DNA of 64,000 nucleotides from Candidatus Dojkabacteria bacterium (GTDB lineage Bacteria; Patescibacteriota; Dojkabacteria; SC72): NCBI GenBank assembly GCA_035271645.1, contig DATERJ010000018.1, positions 17,399 to 81,398 of the forward strand, read 5' to 3'. Shown piece by piece: positions 57,532 to 64,000 of this stretch (position 1 is its first letter; each line of letters starts with the position of its first letter). The notes under the pieces were generated by a model. It saw only the letters and a program-made list of their open reading frames with translations, ran no database searches and was not told where the DNA came from. The position numbers and the translations under genes were made by a program.

Positions 57532-58101
57532 TTACTTTGTCAAATCAACCTTAGGAGCAACTTCTGAACCTTCTACTGATTCAAAATATGCTTTCTCTTC
57601 AAATCCAAACATAGATGCTATCCATTTAGTTGGAATTGTTTTAACATCTGAGTTAAATACTTTTACCTGATCATTGTATCTCTGCCTTTCAACAGCGATT
57701 CTGTTCTCTGTACCCTCTAACTGAGACATCAATGTTTTAACTGTATCTAAAGATTTAAGCTCTGGATAGTTTTCCATTACAACGAGAAGTCTTGATAATG
57801 CACCCTCTACCTCTGTAGCAGCCTCTGCTTTTTCACTAGTTGTTTGTGCTGAGGAATATCTTGTTCTTGCATCTGCAATCTTAGAAAAAACTTCTGTTTC
57901 TTGAGACATAGCTCCTTTAACAGACTCAACCAAGTTAGGAATTAAATCAAATCTTCTTTGATATTGACTCTCAACCTGTGCCCATTGGTTATCTACTTCT
58001 TCATTGCCCTTTACAAGTCTATTGTGAGTTGAAAGGAAGAAACCTCCTACAACAACAATGATACCGACTATGATTGCCCATGTTGGTAATCCTTTTTTCA
58101 T
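57532..58101 (-). CDS. LemA-family protein.
   Basis: N-terminal TM plus LemA helix signature (NRLVKGNEEVDNQWAQVESQYQRRFDLIPNLV). Canonical LemA-TPM gene pair. Confidence 0.8.
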   Translation of the reverse strand: MKKGLPTWAIIVGIIVVVGGFFLSTHNRLVKGNEEVDNQWAQVESQYQRRFDLIPNLVESVKGAMSQETEVFSKIADARTRYSSAQTTSEKAEAATEVEGALSRLLVVMENYPELKSLDTVKTLMSQLEGTENRIAVERQRYNDQVKVFNSDVKTIPTKWIASMFGFEEKAYFESVEGSEVAPKVDLTK

Positions 58102-58176
58102 ATTAGTTTAGAGATAAAATAATGTAAGAACCTATTAAGGTTAACATAAAAAACATATTGTGACAACATGAGAAAT

Positions 58177-58251
58177 TGGTACCGCTACGGGGAATCGAAC
58201 CCCGATTGTAGGATTGAGAATCCTATGTCCTAACCGTTAGACGATAGCGGC
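58177..58251 (-). tRNA. tRNA-Glu (anticodon CTC), CCA encoded.
   Basis: Reverse complement folds as a cloverleaf: acceptor GCCGCTA/TAGCGGT, anticodon stem TAGGA/TCCTA with loop TTCTCAA (CTC), T-arm CGGGG-TTCGATT-CCCCG, discriminator A plus CCA. Coordinates ±1-2 nt. Confidence 0.75.
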
Positions 58252-58319
58252 ATATCTTCGAGTAGTAATTCTATCATATTCCTTTCTTTTTGTGTACCAT
58301 TAGGACATTCCAAACAATC

Positions 58320-58348
58320 TTGACATGCTATTTTTAAATGTATATCAT
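58320..58348 (+). promoter_or_regulatory. Sigma70-like promoter upstream of greA.
   Basis: TTGACA, a 17-nt spacer, then TATCAT, ending ~33 nt upstream of the greA ATG. Confidence 0.4.
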
Positions 58349-58380
58349 CTGACCCCGTTAATATAGATAAACATATATAT

Positions 58381-58836
58381 ATGGATGAAAACAATCAATA
58401 CCTAACAACAAAAGAAGGTTTGGAAAAACTAAAAGAAGAGTTGAAGGAGAGAGAAGGCAATCTCACAAAGAAGATTGCAGACACATTGAATGAGATGAGA
58501 AGTCAGGGAGACCTTAGTGAGAACGATGGTTATACAATGGCTGTTGAAGAGCAAAATATAAACGAGGCTAGAATTAGAGAATTAAGGGAGAAGATAAAGA
58601 ATGCAAAGATAGTAAAAGGAGATAACAAGGATATGGTGAATATAGGGGATACTGTGACATTAGAAGGAAAGAAGACTTTGACATACACATTGGTAAGTGA
58701 AGATGAGGCTAACCCACTAGAAGGTAAGATCTCACATTTCTCACCACTTGGAAAAGAGATTGTAGGTAAGAAGAAAGGAGATATGATACTATTCCCTAAT
58801 GGAGAAGATAAGTACAAAATTACAAAGATTGCTTAA
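58381..58836 (+). CDS. greA: Transcription elongation factor GreA.
   Basis: N-terminal coiled-coil LTTKEGLEKLKEELKERE... and the C-terminal FKBP-like domain; 151 aa. Confidence 0.85.
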   Translation: MDENNQYLTTKEGLEKLKEELKEREGNLTKKIADTLNEMRSQGDLSENDGYTMAVEEQNINEARIRELREKIKNAKIVKGDNKDMVNIGDTVTLEGKKTLTYTLVSEDEANPLEGKISHFSPLGKEIVGKKKGDMILFPNGEDKYKITKIA

Positions 58837-59537
58837 GGGTGAACTAGTGTCCCTTCTCCTAGTATTTCCTCTAAGTCAACACTATTTTCAATATTTACAC
58901 CACCACATACAAAAAAGGAGATGTTTTTGGTTCGTGAGAATCTTGCACAAGATTTATCAATTGGAATATTTGCATTAACTTCGTGTTCATCATCTTCTTT
59001 GATTTGAAAAAGATTGAAGTAGTCTTGCCAAGTCATATCCTTTATTATCTCTGCATCTTGATATTTCCGAGGATCTTTAGTGTAGATATAGTCGATGTTT
59101 GATATCTTGTATACTCTGTTTGATGAAATAATGTCAGCAAATACTGCTGCATCCATATCTGTACTCCAACCTGGCCTTAAACCACCACTAACAAGAGCCC
59201 CTGATGCATCCGAGAGAAGGTATTCATAGGCATCCCCTAACTTCTTAGGTGTGTATATATTCTCATCTTCTAGATATCCTGCCACAAGTTCTGCACTTGT
59301 TTGTGTAACTGACATAGCAACATTATGAAGGGTATCTTGATTGTCAATATTCTCCTTTATCTTTTGATGTAAATCTCTAGAGAGAACTCCTCCTCCTGTA
59401 ACAATTACTATTTTAGAGTATTCATACTTAGCATTGTCATACCAAGCTTTTAATTTTTCCAAAAGAGAGAAATTGACATCCCTATCATTTTCATAGAGTG
59501 TAGAACCCCCTATTTTCAATACAATTTTCCTCTTCAT
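58833..59537 (-). CDS. pyrH: UMP kinase, archaeal-type (amino-acid-kinase family).
   Basis: KIVLKIGGSTL, IVIVTGGGVLSRDL and GWSTDMDAAVFADIISSNRVYKISNIDYIYTKDP match archaeal PyrH signatures. Confidence 0.55.
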   Translation of the reverse strand: MKRKIVLKIGGSTLYENDRDVNFSLLEKLKAWYDNAKYEYSKIVIVTGGGVLSRDLHQKIKENIDNQDTLHNVAMSVTQTSAELVAGYLEDENIYTPKKLGDAYEYLLSDASGALVSGGLRPGWSTDMDAAVFADIISSNRVYKISNIDYIYTKDPRKYQDAEIIKDMTWQDYFNLFQIKEDDEHEVNANIPIDKSCARFSRTKNISFFVCGGVNIENSVDLEEILGEGTLVHP

Positions 59538-59539
59538 AT

Positions 59540-60337
59540 TTACATCACAAGAATTAATATCATCGCAAGAATCACATACAATACTGGAGAGATGTAATCA
59601 GTTAACTTCGTTCTCCCTGCAAATCGAATATTCCAAATTGAGATAACAAGGTAGAACATCAATGACCCTATTGCAGGAATTATAAAGATATTCCTATTCC
59701 AAAAAAGCAGCATGGAAGCAGAGATAAATATCGAGCTAATCACAGCAGTTAAAACTTCAATACCCCCTATCCTGTCGTGTAGTTTTAATACAAATATTGA
59801 AAGGACTAAGGAAGATACAAAAGCTAGGATTGTATATTCTTGAAGAGAGACACCCATTCTAAGAAATGAGTTAAGAAGAAGATAGAGGATTGTAATACAG
59901 AGAAAATCGAAAATCGTTCTAGTTAATATATGAACAGAATAGTATCTCTTCAGAGAGCTTTTTACATTCAAAAAAAGCACTAGAAGAAGTACCATACATA
60001 CTCCCAAAACAATATTTCCTAAAATCTCATTTCTGTTAAAGTAAAGAAAGAAAAGAAGGGAGATGTAGAAGAGTGCAGGAAGGACAAAGCATGGAAAAAG
60101 CCTGTCTTTAAGAGATGCTTTCAGTAGTACATCACTGTATTTTGAAATTTTTTTCTGTGAATTATTACGGAAAACGATAATAAACCAAATTTCGAGAACA
60201 ACAAGACCCAGTATTCCCCATGCTAGAAGTATTCTAGAAGAACTAATTAAAACAAGATTATTAAATATTACTGTTACAATTAACAGAATAAAGAGAAGAA
60301 GCAAATCATTTGTTAATTCTATTTTCTCTTTCTTCAT
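59540..60337 (-). CDS. Polytopic membrane protein.
   Basis: About 8 hydrophobic segments. Confidence 0.4.
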   Translation of the reverse strand: MKKEKIELTNDLLLLFILLIVTVIFNNLVLISSSRILLAWGILGLVVLEIWFIIVFRNNSQKKISKYSDVLLKASLKDRLFPCFVLPALFYISLLFFLYFNRNEILGNIVLGVCMVLLLVLFLNVKSSLKRYYSVHILTRTIFDFLCITILYLLLNSFLRMGVSLQEYTILAFVSSLVLSIFVLKLHDRIGGIEVLTAVISSIFISASMLLFWNRNIFIIPAIGSLMFYLVISIWNIRFAGRTKLTDYISPVLYVILAMILILVM

Positions 60338-60354
60338 AGGGCAGCTTCTTTTAA

Positions 60355-61779
60355 TTAAGTAATTATTCCAGAAAAGCCATTAAATATTGCTACTGATATC
60401 ACCAACCACCAAGCTCCAACAGTAAACAAATCACCTGCTGCTTGTTTAAGTTGTCCTTTTCTTGCATAAATAATAATTTCTATCACTAACAACACAAAGA
60501 CAAAGAGTACAATCCCAATGTTAATACCATCTTTTACACTCAGACCCATCAGGGGAATAATTTTGCTCTTACTTTCTTTAACTGGCTCTTCGTTTTGAAA
60601 GTATTCTGAAATCTCCACACTTGATGAGTTTCCTACCTCATCTGCTAAATTAATAAATACAGAGCTAGTATCTTTTTCTTTTGGTATCCTAGCTGTAATT
60701 GCCTGCTCACCTTTAACAACATCAACTGGAAGAATTTCTGAGCCCAATATTATATTTATATTATCCCACTCATCTATAATATCAAATGTCAGAATATACA
60801 GGGATTCTTGTTCCTGCACCATGACTGTTTCTAAATCTACGGTTGGTGCTGTTGAATCAATATGGAAAGACACCTCTGGAGATTTAACTTGTGTTCCATT
60901 TAGATTTGCAATAATTTTATGTTCTCCTTCACTCCAATCACTTCCTTTCTCAACCTCCCATGTATTTGTATCTGTCTTAGTACTACCAATAATTTTATCT
61001 CCTTCGAAAACATCAACTACATATTCTCCTTGAATGTTGCTTGATTCTCCTTTGACAGTCATACTTGGATCCATATATGTAGCACCACTTTCAGGAGATG
61101 TTATCTGTATACTTCTAATTTCCCCTTGTTCTTTAGGTGTGATTACTTTACTCTCTCCCGTTACAACTTTTGGTGGGGGTTGTGTAGGTGCCTTCTTAGG
61201 TGCAGGAGGTGTTGATTCTGTCGCACCCTGTACAGAACTTGTTAAATTACCAAACATCTGTACAACCAAAATCGTTTGCTTTCCTAGTAACTCCCCCTCT
61301 ACAACTGCAACTCCTATATCCCTATAATTCCCACTCATTATATTAGCCCTGTGCGTTGGACTTGCCATCCAAGCTTCTACTACACCTTCCGATGTTCTAA
61401 AACCTTTCGCTAAGTTCTCACCTGCAAAAACATATGCATAGCCAGATGCCCTTATGAATTGCCATGGTGTTTCTCCATTTGGACCAAAGTGATCCCAATA
61501 CTGTTTTGCAAGCATATCATTTGCTTTAGCTAATGCTGCTGATGCTAATTTAGAATTATTCGTTAAAGTACCCAATCCACCTGCCGTTCTTTCTTTATTT
61601 GTTAATGAAATGATATTACCTGGGGTTATAGTACTAGCGTATGCTTCTTCTATTCCCAAAAAACCACCCATTGTATTAACCAAAATCAGTAGGATTGAAT
61701 ATCCTACTATTGCAATCTTTCTTAGCAAGTACGGTTTATTATTATTATGTTCTGTTGGTATGAAATAATTTTTTATCAT
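60355..61779 (-). CDS. Secreted CAP/SCP/PR1-domain protein with N- and C-terminal membrane anchors.
   Basis: CAP core HFGPNGETPWQFIRASGYAYVFAGENLAKGF...AWMASPTHRANIMSGNYRDIGVAVV. N-terminal TM and a C-terminal TM (GINIGIVLFVFVLLVIEIIIYA). Confidence 0.65.
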   Translation of the reverse strand: MIKNYFIPTEHNNNKPYLLRKIAIVGYSILLILVNTMGGFLGIEEAYASTITPGNIISLTNKERTAGGLGTLTNNSKLASAALAKANDMLAKQYWDHFGPNGETPWQFIRASGYAYVFAGENLAKGFRTSEGVVEAWMASPTHRANIMSGNYRDIGVAVVEGELLGKQTILVVQMFGNLTSSVQGATESTPPAPKKAPTQPPPKVVTGESKVITPKEQGEIRSIQITSPESGATYMDPSMTVKGESSNIQGEYVVDVFEGDKIIGSTKTDTNTWEVEKGSDWSEGEHKIIANLNGTQVKSPEVSFHIDSTAPTVDLETVMVQEQESLYILTFDIIDEWDNINIILGSEILPVDVVKGEQAITARIPKEKDTSSVFINLADEVGNSSSVEISEYFQNEEPVKESKSKIIPLMGLSVKDGINIGIVLFVFVLLVIEIIIYARKGQLKQAAGDLFTVGAWWLVISVAIFNGFSGIIT

Positions 61780-61882
61780 GGGCTAGATATAGTTTAGAGC
61801 ATTTTGCTGAAATAGTAAACAACAAAAGGGACCCGTACGGATCCCTCTCGTCATTTCTTTATCTATAAAGAAATACCGGCTA

Positions 61883-62155
61883 TTACTTAACAGCAGACTT
61901 AAGAGCTTTTCCTGGCTTGAAAGCAGGAACCTTAGTTGCTGGAAGTTTAATCTTCTCAAGAGTCTTTGGATTAATACCTGTTCTTGCAGCTCTTGTTCTG
62001 ACTTCGAATTTACCGAAACCAGTTAAAAGAACAGAATCACCTTTCTTCAAAGCTCCTGTGATTGCCTCTAAAACAGAATCAAGTGCTGCACCTGCCTGTT
62101 TCTTTGTAAGACCTGCGTCTGAAGCAACTCTATCAATTAAATCTTTCTTTAACAT
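61883..62155 (-). CDS. hup: DNA-binding protein HU.
   Basis: MLKKDLIDRVASDAGLTKKQAGAALDSV...GFGKFEVRTRAARTGINPKT is the canonical HU sequence. Confidence 0.9.
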   Translation of the reverse strand: MLKKDLIDRVASDAGLTKKQAGAALDSVLEAITGALKKGDSVLLTGFGKFEVRTRAARTGINPKTLEKIKLPATKVPAFKPGKALKSAVK

Positions 62156-62546
62156 AATTGTAACCTCCTTTCTTTATTTGATATATACATTAAATAACTT
62201 GCGAGCAAGATATTTCTGTATATCCACTTCTAAAATATGAAAAAGTGAAGCCCTAGTCAAGGGTGTAGTTAACTATAAGACACATACCCAAAAGATGAAA
62301 AAAGTTTGATATACCAACTCAATCAAAGAGATTTGGGACATAACCACTTAATTAAACTACAAACCCTAACAAAACCGACAACTTTAAAACCTCGACACAA
62401 CAACCTTTCTAAAACATCCAGAAAAACTAGAGATACTGCTACATACGCAAATTATCCTTCTACTAAAAGAAGAGGTAGGAATATAGTATCCCTACCTCCT
62501 ATAGAAAACAGTACTAGAAGACAATCATTTTTCTGTCCAAAAAGCT

Positions 62547-64000
62547 CTATTTTGCAACATCCGTTGCTCTTGTCTCCCTAATTACAGTAACTTCTACATT
62601 GCCTGGATAGCTCTGACCTTTCTCTATTTCTTTTGCAATATCGCGTGCCATCACTACTGCTTCATCATCCGAGACTAACTGAGGCTTAACTATAATTCGA
62701 ATTTCTCTTCCTGCTTTAATTGCATATACATCTTGAATCTTGTCTCCACCTATCTCCTTTGCTGCAGTTTCAATACTTTCAATTCTCTTGGTATATTGCT
62801 CATAACTATCTTTTCTAGCACCAGGTCTTGACCCTGAGATTGCATCTGCCAAATATACAATTACAGCTTCCACAGACTGTGGCTCAATGTCCAAGTGGTG
62901 AGCCTCTATTGCATTTACAAGCTTCTCGTCTAACCCATATTTCCTTGCTACCTGTCCAGAAATATGATGATGGGGACTCTCAACCTTATGCGTTAAAACT
63001 TTACCAACATCATGAAGTAAAGCAGCTCTTTTGACCAATTCCACATCAGCTTTTAACTCCGTTGCTAAAACTTCAGCAACCCTTATTACCTCCATTGTAT
63101 GAGCCATCAAAGATTGTCCATAACTACTTCTGTACTTCATTTTTCCTATTAATTTCATTAACCCAACATCCATGTCAGGCCAACCTGCTTCATCTGCCAG
63201 TACCTGTCCATTCTTCTTTATCTCTGCAGAAATCTCATTCTTTGCCTTTCTAACAGCTTCTTCTATCGAACCAGGATGGATTCTTCCATCGGCTATTAAT
63301 TTTGTCATAGCAACATATGCAATCTCCCTTCTTAATGGATCAAAAGATGAAAGTGCAATGGCGTTGGGTGACTCATCTACGATAACATCAACTCCAGTCA
63401 ATTGCTCAAAAGATCGAATATTCCTACCCTCTTTACCAATTACCCTACCCTTAACTTTGTCATCATCAACCTTGATTGTTTTAGTTGTTGTCTCACCGAC
63501 ATAGTCAGTAGCAACTCTCTGCATAGACTCAACCAAAATCTTCTGTGCTTTCTCCTCAGCAACAGCCTCTATTTCCTTTTCTGCCTGCCTAATTTTCTTA
63601 GCCTCATATTCCTTAATATCCTGATCAACCTCCTTTATCAACTTTTCCCTTGCTTCTTCCTTAGAAAGCCCAGAAATTGTTTCTAACTCTTTCTTCAAAT
63701 CAGCTCTATCTTTCTCTAATCTTGCAACTCCACCTTTTAGCTTACTCTCCTGAGATTGCAACTCCTCACTCTTCTCATCTAAAAGCTTTGACCTTTTATT
63801 GAGCTTCTTCTCTCTTTCAATTAAAATCTCCTCATGTTCTGAACTCTCCCTTCTCATCTCCCTGATTCTTTTCTCCTCTCGAGATTTCATTTCTTCAATC
63901 TCTTGTTCTGCCTTCTCCATTCTATCGCCCATAACTTTTTTTGCAGCTTTCTCAAGCTCGCTTGTGGGAATATTCTTTATATTAACCCACTTTAGTCCAT
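62547..64000 (-). CDS. rny: Ribonuclease Y, 5'-partial; the N-terminus runs past the window end.
   Basis: Coiled-coil region, KH domain (VIGKEGRNIRSFEQLTGVDVIVDE) and HD domain (LLHDVGK...). The frame stays open to the window edge. Confidence 0.85.
   Translation of the reverse strand, partial: GLKWVNIKNIPTSELEKAAKKVMGDRMEKAEQEIEEMKSREEKRIREMRRESSEHEEILIEREKKLNKRSKLLDEKSEELQSQESKLKGGVARLEKDRADLKKELETISGLSKEEAREKLIKEVDQDIKEYEAKKIRQAEKEIEAVAEEKAQKILVESMQRVATDYVGETTTKTIKVDDDKVKGRVIGKEGRNIRSFEQLTGVDVIVDESPNAIALSSFDPLRREIAYVAMTKLIADGRIHPGSIEEAVRKAKNEISAEIKKNGQVLADEAGWPDMDVGLMKLIGKMKYRSSYGQSLMAHTMEVIRVAEVLATELKADVELVKRAALLHDVGKVLTHKVESPHHHISGQVARKYGLDEKLVNAIEAHHLDIEPQSVEAVIVYLADAISGSRPGARKDSYEQYTKRIESIETAAKEIGGDKIQDVYAIKAGREIRIIVKPQLVSDDEAVVMARDIAKEIEKGQSYPGNVEVTVIRETRATDVAK

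Noticed and set aside
1-64000. Global genetic-code reassignment (TAG as sense, or TGA as Gly as in some CPR lineages).
   Set aside because: Long ORFs with clear homology are uninterrupted under the standard code, so TGA is not frequent in frame. TAG also terminates trxA, the peroxiredoxin, the SH3b protein and others at natural C-termini. The two in-frame TAGs are better explained as local events.
1-64000. CRISPR arrays, rRNA genes, IS elements, integrases or transposases.
   Set aside because: No regularly spaced direct repeats, no rRNA-like conserved stretches, and no ORF with DDE, tyrosine- or serine-recombinase motifs were seen. The defense island therefore lacks an obvious mobility gene within this window.

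Overview
This 64 kb window is AT-rich and gene-dense, with short intergenic spacers and no rRNA, CRISPR array, transposase or integrase. Bacterial hallmarks (RNase Y, HU, GreA, bacterial-type TsaD, LemA/TPM pair) sit alongside archaeal-type ProRS, UMP kinase and 1-Cys peroxiredoxin, which points to a small-genome, possibly CPR-like or episymbiotic bacterium; that is inference only.

Main contents, in order:
- Positions 1-12.1 kb: three paralogous Cys-containing surface proteins share a ~450-aa C-terminal module. One is a 1483-aa giant with six tandem ~116-aa FN3-like repeats. A tsaD / tsaC-tsaE(fusion) operon and trxA lie between them.
- Positions 12.1-22.3 kb: tRNA-Asp(GTC), then a cluster of nucleotide-hygiene and salvage genes (HIT, FEN-like 5'-3' exonuclease, 2 Nudix, peptidase S51, PnuC-like plus P-loop kinase, PNP/UDP phosphorylase, APH-type kinase, 2 SAM methyltransferases, HD hydrolase).
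- Positions 22.3-36.4 kb: a defense-type island. A compact minus-strand type I R-M operon (half-hsdS', hsdM, embedded Shedu/DUF4263-like PD-(D/E)xK nuclease gene, hsdS, hsdR, DUF45/YgjP Zn-peptidase) is flanked on both sides by DUF3800 genes, with a DUF2726 nuclease-like gene and a small PD-(D/E)xK-like protein nearby; ddl lies inside the island.
- Positions 36.4-64 kb: mnmA, sufBD/sufC, an ABC exporter interrupted by an in-frame TAG, DUF167, peroxiredoxin, an RNA methyltransferase, proS, ogt, a tandem dcd pair whose second copy lacks the catalytic Glu, a DarT/PARP-like ART gene interrupted by an in-frame TAG, transglutaminase-like, Mpg, TPM-LemA, tRNA-Glu(CTC), greA, pyrH-like, a CAP-domain protein, hup and a 5'-partial rny.

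Coordinates follow the supplied ORF track. My own base-level reading of homopolymer runs was about ±1 nt unreliable, so RNA and hairpin coordinates are approximate.
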